Positions 1 through 12,516 of a stretch of 64,000 nt of DNA are shown here, piece after piece. The stretch's first letter is position 1, and every line of letters starts with the position of its first letter. This DNA comes from Callorhinchus milii (Eukaryota). Position numbers and translations under genes: made by a program. The notes under the pieces were generated by a model. That model saw only the letters and a program-made list of their open reading frames with translations, was not told where the DNA came from and did no database searches. The stretch lies in NCBI RefSeq assembly GCF_018977255.1, contig NW_024704821.1, positions 1 through 64,000 on the forward strand, written 5' to 3'.

Positions 1-288
1 CACAATGTGCTTCACAGAGTATACTGTAAAATAATGTAGAATATACTGTAATATTTAGAAAATTTCGTAAATAAAGCACGATGTTTGTACTGTTGTGCTT
101 TACCTGCCCAGAACTTTCGTTCGCTTCGAGTAATAAAGAGTTAACTTAAGAGATCCGCAGCCCTGCTATATTGTCGGCTTTTGACAACATTACAATCAGA
201 TAAGAAAGCCTGTCTCCACTCTGCAGTACCTCGGGTGGCCTCAGGGGAGCAGATATTTCCGCACTTCAATATGAAAGATCAGCTGGTA

Positions 289-603
289 ATAGTAATAATA
301 ATCCTTGCATTTGATATAGTGCTTTACACGTCGGAGGACGTCCCAAAGCGCTTCACAGAGCACACTGCAAAGTGAATTGACTGTATATTTGTGGGCGAAC
401 GCGGCAGCCAATTGCGCACAGCAATGTCCCACAAACAGTCGTGGATTGAAAATGACCAATTTATTATTGTTTTTGGTTTTGGAGGGTTTATTATTAGGCT
501 CTGTGTGGTGTAAGGAAACTGGCCCAAGGTTTCGCCCTCTGCCTGGAATTGAACTCAGGTCTCTCACTTGCAAAGAGAGTGCTCTAACCAGTGAGCTACA
601 CTG
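289..603 (-). mobile_element. Same SINE subfamily, inserted into a block paralogous to 5975-6200
   Basis: Reverse complement of 1440-1768. Its flanks (cagctggt / aaactgcaag) are contiguous in the paralog at ~6145. Confidence 0.85.
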
Positions 604-1049
604 CTAAACTGCAAGGGAGGAAACTGGCAGATAATTTACGTGCAAATTAATTTAACCGATGTGAAATCTAAAGTAATTTTCGCTTCGTCTAGGTGAACCA
701 GTCCAGATTATTAGGTGAGAAATTTTGAGGAACGTTTGCATTTTAAGTTTGCAGATTTAACAGTTTTATCAAAATAAGATATTTTTACTTTTGTCAGAAA
801 GGTATACAAACTTTGACGGAACCAATCCACTATCACAAAACAATTCAAGTCAAAACATTGAAATCCAAAACAAAAACATATAACATTATACAGAGATATG
901 AGTTATGACGTTACTTGCCCAAAATGAAACCATGGCTGAGACAAATTCCTCTTTCCTGATCCGAGAGCAATCCGTAAATATCTGGAACAGGAACATAAAA
1001 AGACTGTGGCGGAAATGGTTGGATAATGGGATGAAACCGATTGCAACCA

Positions 1050-1435
1050 TTATTGAAAAAAGTCTTTCATACAAGCACGGATGTCAATAACTCAAATGGG
1101 TTGATCATAGCCACCGGATGACCAAAGCCTCCATCATGTACCAGGCGATCATTGCCACCATTTAGTGGATGATCATAGCGCCCTCCATGCATTGAAATGC
1201 CTCTGCGGTTTAAACCCAGACCGACCTGCCCAAACTCCTTACACCCTATGAGCTGTTCCGATTCTTCCCTTCGCCTTTTCAATGTCCCCGGCCCTGCACT
1301 GCCCATCACGCCATTAGGCCTTCAGGCTATCTGCCCCCACTTTCTGGTATCACATACCAGAGACCATTTGCCTCCCCACTCTGCAAGTGACCTTTGGAAA
1401 ATGATTTACACTTATCGACAAATTTAGTTTGCCTT
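1050..1435 (+). mobile_element. Degenerate L2 ORF2 3' fragment
   Basis: AFRLSAPTFWYHIP…FGK resembles the L2 motif AFS.AAP.LWN.LP…FK. Confidence 0.5.
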
Positions 1436-1439
1436 CATT

Positions 1440-1768
1440 GTGGAGTCCTGTAGCTCAGTGGTTAAAGCACTCGCTTTGCAAGTGAGAGACCTGAGTTCAA
1501 TTCCAGGCACAGGGCGAAACCTTGGGCAAGTTTCCTTACTCCACACGCCTAATAATAATCCCTCCAAAACCAAAAACAATAATAAAATTGGTCATTTTCA
1601 ATCGACGACTGTTTGTGGGACATTGCTGTGCGCAATTGGCTGCCGCGTTCGCCCACAAATATACAGTCAATTCACTTTACAGTGTGTTCTGTGAAGCGCT
1701 TTGGGACGTCCTCCCGACGTGAAAAGCGCTATATCAAATGCAAGGATTATTATTATTATTATTATTAT
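1440..1768 (+). mobile_element. tRNA-derived DeuSINE-type SINE with L2-like tail, young subfamily
   Basis: tRNA-Ala-like head (GTAGCTCAGTGG…GTTCAATTCC; A/B boxes), Deu-like core TGTGGGACATTGCTGTGCGCAATTGGCTGCCGCGTT, L2-like end GTGAAGCGCTTTGGGACG…AAAGCGCTATATCAAATGCAAG, (ATT)n tail. Confidence 0.85.
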
Positions 1769-2783
1769 ATCAAACACAAGGCTTTATTATTATTATTTGT
1801 CCATATCAGCAATAAGTTCCATTCCAATTTAAAGCGAATATCTTAATTAATTGATACTTTCATCCTGGCTCTGAAAGTGACGCTCTTTTACGCCTCTGAT
1901 TTAGAATATTTTGGGTTGTAGTGCAAACACAATGTTGGAAATGGTCAATGCCATAATGTCCGAATGGCTTATAATGGTGTATATGTAGGACTGGAAACTG
2001 TTATTTCCTCGACGGTCACCCAGCTGCAGTGATGGGGAAGAGCTGCTTTGTCAGAATTTCTGAGTTCCGAACATATGCTTATCTGAGATGCCCTCTGAGC
2101 ATATGTTGGTTGATGTTAATAATAATAGTAATACTGGCATTTGATATAGCGCTTTTCATGTCTTCCAGATATCTGAAAGCGCTTCACGGAATACACTGCA
2201 AAGTGAGTTGACTCTATATTTCTGGACGAAACGTGTATCATTATTCTGAGGTACGATTCCAAAGTTAAGGGAATTTAACCTTCCTTATTCCAATACCCCA
2301 CCATATTTGTTACTCTCTCTGCTGCTGTGTGTGGTACATTGCTGCACCAATCATGATTGGAAAAAGAACACTTTACATTATACCCCGTACAGCACTCTGA
2401 GACACTCTGTGCTGATGTTGTGACCATCTTAAATGATGAAAATTGCTATTCATTGCAGAAAGAAATACAATCCCCAGCACTCCTGCCTTGACGGCTTTTG
2501 AGAACATAACAATCAGATACGGAAGCTATTCTGCAGCCTGCAATATCTCGGTTGACCAAAAAAGGATTCAATTCCAGGCTTCTTTGTAAAAGGCCTGACC
2601 TCTTATAGCAGCTCTATCTCTATCTCTGTTTTGTTTCAGGTTCCAGCATCTGCAGGTATTGTGTTTGGTTCTCGTCTCTGTATAACTTGCCTGGTGCATG
2701 TGTAAAAGGCCTCGTCTCTGATAGTAGGCCTGTTCTCTGTATAGTAATCCTGGTTGCTGCCAAAATGTTCTGTTCTCTGCATA

Positions 2784-3108
2784 GTGGAGTCCTGTAGCTC
2801 AGTGGTTAGAGCACTCGATTTGCAAGCGAGAGACCTGAGTTCAATTCCAGGCAGAGGGCGAAACCTTGGGCAAGTTTCCTTACTCCACACAGAGCCTAAT
2901 AATAATCCCTCCAAAACCCAAAACAATAATAAATTGGTCATTTTGAATCGACGGTACTGTCTGTGTGACATTGCTGTGCGCAACTGGCTGCCGCATTCGC
3001 CCATAAATATAAAGTCAATTCACTTTACAATGTGTTCTGTGAAGCGCTTTGGGATGGCCTCCCGACGTGAAAAGCACTGTTTCAAATGCAGAGATTATTA
3101 TTATTATT
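2784..3108 (+). mobile_element. Same SINE subfamily, full length
   Basis: Near-identical to 1440-1768. Confidence 0.85.
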
Positions 3109-3444
3109 AGAAGCAGCAGCTCTCTGCTCCACCTTCAAGATTCTGTCCTATCCTAGTTTAACTCTTACGTATTCTAGTATTACTTTTTAGGCGTTTGAAA
3201 TGGCTCCTTCTGCTGTTTCCAAACATACACGAGTGGTGCTCTTCAGAAATTCATCTGAGGCCCTTTCCTCTTCACTATCTAAAATTTCCCACAGAGCAAT
3301 ATATTTCACAGACATGAGGTGCACCTCCACAATAATAATGACACACAACTGCCTCTGTTCGCTCCACCGTTGAACTCCAACTGCTGTACTGACTGAATGA
3401 TCGTCAGCAATTAACCATATCTGACAGTTTATTCATATGAATAT

Positions 3445-4230
3445 TTACCAAAAAGAGATTGCTATTGTAGAATTGGTTTTGGTTATGCCTGAAACAGGTC
3501 TGGTCTCCGTGTATAAAATCAGAGAGAGTTCTCTGTATATCAGGTCTGTGCTCATTATAGCATATCCGATATCTGTGTAACAGGCCTGATCTCTTATAGG
3601 AGCTCTCTCTGTTTCTGTTTCAAGTTCCAGCATTTGCAGGTATTGTGTTTGGTTCTGTTCTCTGTATAACTTGCCTTGTGCATGTGTAAAAGGCCTAGTC
3701 TCTGATAGTAGAACTGGTCTCTATATAATAAGCCTGGTTGCTGTAAAAAAAAATTCTCTTCGCTGCATAACAAACCTGGTCAGTTTTTTAAAGGCCTGGT
3801 CACTTTTTAGAAGGCTTGGTATCTGTGTAGCAGACCTCGTTTCTGATAACAGGACTGGTCACTCTATAACAAGCCGATTATCTGCACAACAGGCCTGACC
3901 TCAGCATAACGAATCTGGTGCCTGTATAAACTGTCCCGTCCCTGTAAAACAGACCTCTTCCATATATAACGTGCCTTGTCTCTGCATCACATGTCGAGTC
4001 AATGTGTAACAGGGCTGCTCTCTGCATACCAGGCATGGTTAATCTATAACAGGCCTGGTCATCTATATAACATGCCGAGTCTGCATCACAGGCCTTGTCT
4101 ACGTATAACACGCCTGGTCTCTGCACAGAAGCTCTGGACTCCGCATAACAGACTTGGTCTCTGTATAACAGGCCTAGTCTCTGTATAACGTGTCTGGTTT
4201 CTGCAGAGCAGGTTATATGTAAATCAAGCT
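3445..4230. repeat. Degenerate ~20-bp minisatellite (ggtctctgtataacaggcct-like); also at ~2560-2760 and ~4530-4680
   Basis: Dozens of imperfect ctctgtataac/aggcct units. Confidence 0.75.
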
Positions 4231-4244
4231 TGGTTTGTGTCTTC

Positions 4245-4525
4245 TCTTTGACCGAGCCTTCAGCTCCCCTCTCGACTCTCTTCCCCCTCCTCGCTCCCTC
4301 CCTTCCCTCCCCTTACCCTGACCATTTCCCCCCTCCTCGCTCACTCCCTTCCCTCCCCTCACCCTGACCATTTCCCCCCTCCTCGCTCACTCCCTTCCCT
4401 CCCCTCACCCTGACCATTTCCCCCCTCCTCGGGTCATGACCCAACTGTGCAGCGCCTTGGGACTTCCTCCTGACGTGAAAGGCGCTTTATAAATGGAATC
4501 TTGTTGTTGTATCTTGTTGTTGTTG
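4245..4525 (+). repeat. L2 3' end containing a 46-bp tandem repeat (~3 copies)
   Basis: Unit starts at 4316, 4362 and 4408 (ccctgaccatttcc…). It matches the reverse of 34990-35070 and is followed by an L2 tail and (GTT)n. Confidence 0.75.
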
Positions 4526-6244
4526 TTTATCGGGTCTGTTTGTGTATAGAAGGCCGGGTCTCTTATTACAGGCCTGGTTCTGTAGAACAGGCCTAGTCTC
4601 TGTAACATAGGCGTTGTCTCTGTGTAACAGGCCTGATCTATATACAACAAGCTTGGTCTCTGTATAACAGGCCTGTTCTAGCTATTCTAATAATAATTAT
4701 TGCGTTTGATTCAGTGCATTATCACGTCTTCGGGACAACTCATCGTGCTTCACAGAATATACTTTAAAATGGATTGATTGCACATTATTTTGGGTACATG
4801 TGGCACCACAATTCGGAGAGCATCGTCACACAAACATTTGTTGATTGAGTGACCACATTATTATTTTTTATAAGAAGATTTCTTGAAGGTATAAATAGCC
4901 CCAAACATGAGAAAACCTCAAAAACATTTTCACACACACAACAGTATCACTTACACATCTATAAATTTGATACTCATGCTGAGTTAATCAGTCATGAAAA
5001 TGGATTATCGGGTTCCTGTTCGTATACAGATTCACAGACTCACTGAAATTAATGCAGATCAATAGTCTTACAAATTACCAACAACCAAAACATTCAATAG
5101 TTTCATGCTTCCATTAGATACACTGACACAGTCCTTCGCAAATCCAACTGAAGTACATAGTCCCATTCCTCACCATTGTAGCACAATACATTGCATATCT
5201 GAATACATTATGAAAGGATCTGTACAACTTATTATGCAGATTGACGTTATTTCAACGATACCTCATTGAAAAGTTTTGTTTGAGAAAACTTGATAAATAA
5301 ACCCTGTATGTCGGTCACACGTAAATAGGTTCAGCTTTGTGTATTATTAACTGATGGGATGTGTTTGAAGGAAATCATGAATCCAAGAGAAATTCTGGAC
5401 GTGATGGATAACAGAAATTTCCAAAGGACAGTATGTCCCAGCCTTACTCAGTGGAATCAATCTCACCTCTGGGTCAGCAGTTTGTTGGTTCAAGCCCCAT
5501 ATTGGGACATGGAATCACATTGTCTTAACTGGATTTCTAATGCAGTGATGGGGCTGTGTTACATCGTTGGAGGTGCGGACCTTTACATGAAACGTTCAAC
5601 TGAGATCTGGCTGATTTTTCAGATGGAAATTAAATGTCCAATAGCACTAAACTATTCCCAATGTGAAGCATCAACCCAGAGGATTCTGAATCAAAAAGGA
5701 GAGTGCTACTGAGCTCCTGAGACAGACTGACACACAATCACTTTATTCCCTTTCAGTACGACTCTTGCGTCAATCAGTAAGCAATTTTTTCAAAGCTGAT
5801 AATAGAAATTCCATTGTTTATCCATAGATGTGTACTCAATAGGAATATTTGCAATATATTTCTTATCAGTGGGACTATTCTGATTAATTATGCATCCAGA
5901 AATCATTGTTGAATGAAATACATATTTGCAAAATTGTGCAAAATAAAGCAAAATTTTCCACTACTGTGCCTTATCTGTCCAGAATTTTGTGTTGCTTCGA
6001 GTAATAAAGAGTTAACTTTTGCAGTCTTCTGTCATGTCGGGTTTTGAGAACATTACAATCAGATCAGGAAGCCATTCTCCAGTCTGCAATATTTCTGTTG
6101 TCCACAGGTGGAGCAGATCTTTTTGTCTTCGAAAGTGAAAGATCAGCTGTTGAACTGCAAGAGAGAAAACTGTCAGATGCTGTTTGTGCAAATGAATTTA
6201 ATTGATGTGAAATCGGAAATTTTAATTTCGTTCATGTGAATCAA

Positions 6245-6940
6245 ACGAGATTGAGCGAAATCGGCTTCAGGGTTGGAGTAACCTCTACTGATTTGCTCAG
6301 TCGGTACCAGTAGAATCAATAGCCACTCAGCGATGTAAATTAGTTACTGTACACAGCCACTTGTCCCTCTTCTGTCTTGGTCACTGAAGGCACCGTATGG
6401 GTAATGCAATCTCCACTGGTGAGACAAGAAAACAAGTTTAAAATAAAAATAACAGATGTAATGATTAAATAATACTCGCATTTGATATAACTCCTTATGA
6501 CGTCTTCCAGACATCTCACAGCGCTTCACAGAATACACTGTAAAGTGAGTTGAATACATTTTGCATTCGAAACGCTGCAGCCAATTGCGCAAACCAGTGT
6601 CTCACAAACAAGTCATGGATTAAGTGATCAGTTTATCATGAATTTTTTTTGAAGGCATTATTGCACCCGAAATGCGATCTGCATTTTTAGTCGATAGAAT
6701 AACAATCAGGTTCCTCTATGCTGTGGGTGGAGAGAGGAAACTTGCCCAATATTTTGCCCTACAGGGAATCAACTTGGGTCTCTCGCTTGCGGGGTGTGCG
6801 CTCTGAACACTGAGCTACATGACTCCACTGATAAAAGCTATGCAATCAATGTTGAACATTGCCCGAAACTTTGGCGATTGGCCTTATTTGATTAACTATC
6901 ATTAAATCAGCGAGGGCCAACAGGATCATAATTCCTCCCA
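6245..6940 (-). pseudogene. Degenerate family X V (V remnant ~6245-6425, leader remnant ~6895-6940)
   Basis: GDCITHTVPSVTKTEEGQVAVYSN*FTSLSGY*FYWYR homology to 7889-8195. Leader MGGIMILLALADLMI with mutated donor. No RSS seen. Confidence 0.65.
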
Positions 6941-7888
6941 TCGTCTGAGTTCTGTCTGCAGATGCCCATTGATTACCTGTGAGGTATTTGAGGTGATTAG
7001 CTCCAGCCCAGGCAGTGATAACGTCTGCTTTCATTTATGTCGTTCAAAAGGTAAAGTGCGAAACGTGCATGTGCTGAGAAACACATTCCAATTTCCGATG
7101 AATTATATGTTTTTGATTAGAAACAGAGAACCACAGGATCGTGGATTATAACAGAGGAAAAGAAGACCATTCGACCCATGGTTTCTGATCTGTGCCATCA
7201 AGGATTTTGCTGCGTAACAATTCCTTCAAATAAAAATATAAGTAATAATTGGTCACTTAATCTGTGCTTTTTTGTGGGACAATGCTGTGCGTAATTGGCT
7301 GTCGAAATTCGCCCGGAAAATATACAGTCGATTCGCTTGACTGTGTATTCTGTGAAGCACTTTGAGACACCTGGAATTCATGATAAGGAGCTATATGAAA
7401 TGCAAGAATTACTTAATTATTAAATATATTGAATTCTGTTACTATTTTAGACTTGTCGTTAAGATCTGACCCGCGAGGACGATGTGAAAGAGCTAAGCAA
7501 TCATTCCCACTGCTCCACTCTTTCCCAATAACCCTGCATTTAGTTTTTTTCCTGAGTGAGTACCCGTCCATTTCCCTTTGGAAAGCTGTTATGGAACCTG
7601 GTTCCACCAAATTTTCAGAGAGAAAATTCAAAATCGTCAAATATCTCTGGTTTAAATATGGTCTCCTTATGTACCATCTGGTCCTGTTGCCAATTATCTT
7701 CAATCTGCACAGCAAGTGATGTACTTGTAGCGACAGACAATTATGTGAACGTTCAGTAGACAGATTGATTTGTTTTGAACGTGGTTCCTGTGAGACAGAC
7801 TTCCTGGAAACAGACTGCTCGCCTCAGCGCCACCTCACAAAGCTCGGAGAGTTATTGTACGAGGCTGTGACTGGTTTCCATCACTGTG

Positions 7889-8703
7889 GCTCTGAATGCA
7901 CAGTAATACACAGCGGCGTCAGACAGCTCTAACTGGGAGATGGTTAATTTGCTGGATTTTCTCGAGGTCTGCAGCTCATCCGAGAAACGAGTTTTAGCAA
8001 AACTCGCTTTATGTTTGAAGTTATTGCTACAGCTTTGCAGGATATATTCGGGTTGGTTCTCTGGGATTTGTCGGTACCAATGTAAACAATAGCTGCGCAG
8101 CGATGTAGCATAATTACTTTCCAAAGTCACTTGCCCTCCTTCTGTCTCAGTCACTGAAGGCTTCGACTGAGTTACAGAATCTCCCCGGGTCAGACCTGAA
8201 ACAAATGCGTAAAATAAATGAAAAATGAATAGATAGAAAAAAAAACCTGCGTTTCATATAGCACATTTTGACGTCTTCTAGACGTTTCGCAGCACATCAC
8301 AGAATATACTGTGAAGTGAATTGAATGTATATTTTGTGAAAAAATAGCTGGCAACCAATTGCGCACAGCAGTGTCCCACAAACAGCATAGATTAAATGAC
8401 TAATTTATTATTTTTTTCTTGGAAGAATTATTCCACCTGATTAAACGATCCACCAATTGGCTGACAAACGGTTCGTATAATTTCCGAGTGGAGTAATTCA
8501 AGAAGCCCAAGGTTTCGCCCTGAGGGGAATCGAACTCTGATCTCTCGCTTGCGAGGTGAGCGCTCTATATGCTGATCTACAAGATTCCACCAATAAAAGC
8601 CATGCAATCAATTTTGAACATTGGCTTAAAGTTTAGGTATTTGCCTTAATTGATCACCTGGTAGAAAAACAGCCAGAATCACCCAGATCACAATTCCCCG
8701 CAT
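7889..8703 (-). CDS. TCR alpha/delta V gene, family X copy 1 (leader 8658-8703, V exon 7889-8195); Cys23->Ser with two non-canonical Cys
   Basis: Leader MRGIVIWVILAVFLP|gtgatc. V GLTRGDSVTQSKPSVTETEGGQVTLESNYATSLRSYCLHWYRQIPENQPEYILQSCSNNFKHKASFAKTRFSDELQTSRKSSKLTISQLELSDAAVYYCAFRA. RSS CACAGTG (7882-7888), 23 nt, ACAATAACT (7850-7858). Confidence 0.85.
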
Positions 8704-9773
8704 CGTCTGAGCTCTACCTGCAGATGCCCATTGATAACTTGTAATATATTTGAGACGATTGGCTCCAGCCCCAGCAGTGACTACGTGTGCTGTCGCCCAA
8801 TTGGTAAATTGCAGAAGTTCCTCGTGATCAGAAACACTTTGCAATAAATTATTCTTTTGTGACTCAAACCATAGAACTGTAGGATCGTGGAATATAGCAG
8901 AAAAGAAGGAGGCTATTCGCTCCATTGTGACTGTTTCGACTCTATGAAAGAGCTAAATATTCAGTCCCACTCTACAAGCTTTCCCCCCCGCCATGCAATT
9001 TTTCTTTTCCAGTTCAGTACAGTCTAGTCCAATAAGTTGCAGTCCAATTCACGTTTGAATGCTTCTGTCGAATCTGTTGACACCACACTTTCACAATGCG
9101 CATTCTGAACCTTAACAAGTCGGTTGCTTAAAAAAGTCTTCTCCCCTCTGGTTCTTTTGCCAATGATCTTCAAACTGCGAAATAAGTAACTAACTCAGAA
9201 GGTGCAGCAGATTAATATGGAAACCGAGTGGAATGTATTATAATTGTTAATTGTTACAAATGAAATTCATTGCAGGATTAATTATCTTTCACAGCAAAAC
9301 ATCAATGACCACACAATATGTCACTTAAGAATGCACAGATAAACTTTAATGAAAAAAAGGCCCATAATCTGTGGACAACGGATCAAAGATACTATGAAAG
9401 TGGGACAGCTCAAAGCATGACGCATGATATAACGTGATGCGTATTGACTGTATCAATCAGTCAATTGCCAGTCGGTTCACTTTACAGTAGATTCTGTGAA
9501 TCGCATTGGGGCGTCTAGAATACATGATAAGGAGTTGTATTAAATGCAAGTGTTAATAATATTTATTTCGCTGTTTCAGTACATGAAACAAACTTTCATT
9601 TTTTGCTTGTGGTTGGCAATTAGTCACGTGTTTCCTCTGAGAGACACAGCAGCAAAGTCTTAATATGTGAAATAGGTCAACTGTCAGGACAAACATCTGT
9701 GCTGAGATAAAACCCTTTCGCTGCTCTAAGGAGGGTAATGTACAATGGTGTAGTTTGACAGTAAAACAGTGTG

Positions 9774-10082
9774 TGTTAGCACAATGTTTGGCCGTGTCAG
9801 ATAGAGACACCGGGAGCACATTTCCAGTGGATCTCTCCCTCCTCGTATCCAGATTAGTGGTGAAACATTGTGTTGCAATTTCAGCACCGAAAGTTTTCCC
9901 CATTCAAATCATGCCTCTGTGTGAGATTCCCTCAGATGAGACTTCCCTGGGTACTTATGGTACCCAGGATATGAAAACATTGCTGAAATCAGCAGAGAAG
10001 CTGCTGCTCAGGGTGTTCGTCTGGCCTTCAGTAACAGATATTTCCACATTTGAATATTCAACGCCGACTCTGTTCGCTGCTC
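9774..10082 (-). pseudogene. Family Y V pseudogene
   Basis: Homologous to 26713-27017. Cys23->Ser, frameshift with TAA after Trp41, variant heptamer. Confidence 0.75.
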
Positions 10083-11423
10083 CTATCGCCAGAGAGAACG
10101 TTATTCATGAGACACAAAGGCCAGGTGTACATTCCCGTACTGTTTCAATGGTGAGGGAGAATGACTTACACATCAGGACCAACAATAATGAATTCAACAG
10201 CTTCAGCTCCACCTATCCAAGTGGGCATCTAAACGGTTTGAACGGAGCTTGGGAGATAAAAGTTTGTGTCTTGAATTGGGCATGGAAACAGATGTGGAAG
10301 CAACAGTCAAAACAGCAGTGATGGGTACTCCTCTGCGTCAGAAGATCGTGTACAGAGAACGTATTTCCGGAACAGGGCCTTGTACCTGTAAGGTGAAGCT
10401 CTTATGCAATGCTGGCAGCTTATCGAAATGTGGAGTCCTGGTGCTTTATTGCTGGAAAATCACTTGCAAGCGGGAGACATGGGTTCCATTCCTGGCATGT
10501 CGAAATGTTGGGGAAGAATCCTTGCTCCGTAAACACTCTATTATATTTTTTTTATAAATTGGTCATTCACTTCATTTCTGTTTGTAGGAATTTGTCTGTC
10601 CAAATTGTCTTTCTCCCTCTGATCACAAAGTTAGCATACTTTAAATTGTTTCATGTGTAGAGCTTTGGGATGTTTCCGGCTGTGAAGCACGTTATAACAA
10701 AGCTAATTGCTTAATGGTAGAAAGAACAAAGGAATTGTTTAGTGCACATCGTTTCTATAGGTGAGCTTTTAGTGCAATCACAAACCGTAAAATGTCGATT
10801 AAACAGTTATCAAAACCTGCTGAGTTTTGTCGAAAGCCATTCCCAAATGAAGGGGTGAACATCACAGCACGTTTTTGAGGCTGGATTTGAAAAAGAATTC
10901 AGGAGCTGGGGGTGGGATTGTGGGAAATGCATTGTGGAAAGTTTGATGGAGGGTGTTCCAGAGTCTCTAGCTTTCAGTATAAGTAAAATATACTTTAAAT
11001 GACTTGATATAAACTCAACTAGGTGTAAGCTACGGCTGCATATGGGAGAGGGCTTACACCTTAGAGTTGGCGAGGCGAGTGTTTGTCCTTCTCCGCTAAA
11101 GCACTCCGTGAAATTTAATGCAACAACAGACATGATTTATTTTCATTTATTTTGTAAATCGAACTACATCAATAACAGCTGGAACTCTAACTACGCATTG
11201 ATCGTTGTCTGCCTTTATTGTGCCAGATAATGATGTGAACGTTGAGCTGACAAGTTGATGTGAGGTGATTGTGGTTTCCTGAGTCTGGATACAGAAAAAT
11301 CTGCTCCCCGCAGTACCTAAAGGCCTGACCAAGGTTCTGCACACACTTCAACAGACAGATCATTCCTATGTGGAAAGCGAAGGCAGTTTTTGTACGAGAC
11401 TTGCAGTGCACTCTATCACTGTG

Positions 11424-12411
11424 GGGGGACTAAACGCACAGTAATACACAGCGCTGTCAGACACCACCATCTCAGAGATGGATAAACTGGTGGATGAAAT
11501 GGATTTGTGCAGCTGAGCAGAGAAACGATTTCCAAATCCTGTTCCTCTGTACTGATTTTCATTCCCAGAATATCTCCGAACTATATACTCTGGCTGCTTG
11601 TCTGGGTAATGTCGGTACCAGGAGAGATCGTAACGGCTTAATGTAGTGGAATAAGTACATTCAAAACTCGCAGTTTCTCCTTTTCTCTTAACCATCGAGG
11701 CAGCTTTCTGACTGACAGAATCCCCATCACAGAGTTCTGTAACAAACATGGATTATATTATTCTTCACTGTTTGCTTGAATTATTTTTCTCAGCGCTTAT
11801 CCGGATGAGAAAAGTGCTGCACACGTGTAATTTGCTAATAATGAAATAATAATAATCAAATTATTTTACATAGCACATTATCGCATTTTTGAAACTCCTG
11901 AAAGCGCTTCACACAGTATGCGGCAAAGTTAATTCCTGTGTGTCTTTATTGGGGAAAAGCAGCAGCGAATTGCGCAGTGCATCGAGGCACATTATTTAGT
12001 GGAATGAGTTATCAAGTTATCCATTTACACCATTTAAACGATTATTAACTCGGATAAGCGATCCATCAATCTACTAAAAATATTTGAGAAATAATTACAA
12101 TTTGGAGGGTGTTATTATTCCTTATGATAAAACGGGTGATGAAGCAAACAATAACCGACATACTGCTGAGTAAACAGATGCGTGTGAGTGGAGTGAGGAA
12201 ACTTGCCAAAAACATTGCCCTGTTCTGACGGGGAATCGAACGCAAGTCTTGTCGCTTGCGGGGCGAGTGCACTAAACACAAGGATTCAGGTCTGCCTCCG
12301 CCAAATGTTGTTCAAATGGAGATGAAAATCATCACCAACATTGAATTAGCTCAACACGGCCTCACCTGACATGAAGGATCCCAGCACCAGACAGACAGCA
12401 AACAGCCTCAT
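11424..12411 (-). CDS. TCR alpha/delta V gene, family Z, intact (leader 12366-12411, V exon 11424-11736)
   Basis: Leader MRLFAVCLVLGSFMS|gtgagg. V has C23, W41 and YYC104 (…TASFECTYSTTLSRYDLSWYRHYPDKQPEY…SDSAVYYCAFSP). RSS CACAGTG (11417-11423), 23 nt, ACAAAAACT (11385-11393). Confidence 0.92.
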
Positions 12412-12494
12412 TGCTGCTCTTCAGTCTGTGTGGTTGTGTCTGTGGCATCAGTTTGCTGATAACCCGCAGTGATTGTCGGCATTAGCGGAGCCAC

Positions 12495-12516
12495 AGTCTC
12501 ACGTCACCTCATTGGC
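12495..12516 (-). promoter_or_regulatory. CRE-like (TGACGTG) plus CCAAT element in family Z V promoter (tandem CRE at 54347-54358 in the paralog)
   Basis: About 90 nt upstream of the leader ATG and conserved at ~26375, ~42365 and ~54347. CRE-type motifs are typical of TCR V promoters. Confidence 0.45.

Noticed and set aside
886-1100. Hydrophobic minus-strand ORF and an IRACMKDFF motif suggesting a membrane protein or C1 exon
   Set aside because: Multiple stops, no splice boundaries, and adjacent to or part of a degenerate L2 fragment.
1440-1515. tRNA-Ala(TGC)-like sequence
   Set aside because: It is the SINE head: it continues into the Deu core and L2 tail, lacks a proper acceptor stem, and recurs dozens of times.
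181-3110. Recurring ORFs such as MTNLLLF…RFRPLPGIELRSL and …GRGRNLGQVSLLH (also at 27888-28357 and 56074-56595)
   Set aside because: These are translations of SINE copies, not genes.
3445-4430. Regularly spaced short repeats resembling a CRISPR array
   Set aside because: Vertebrate minisatellite and an L2-derived 46-bp tandem repeat; no unique spacers or cas genes.
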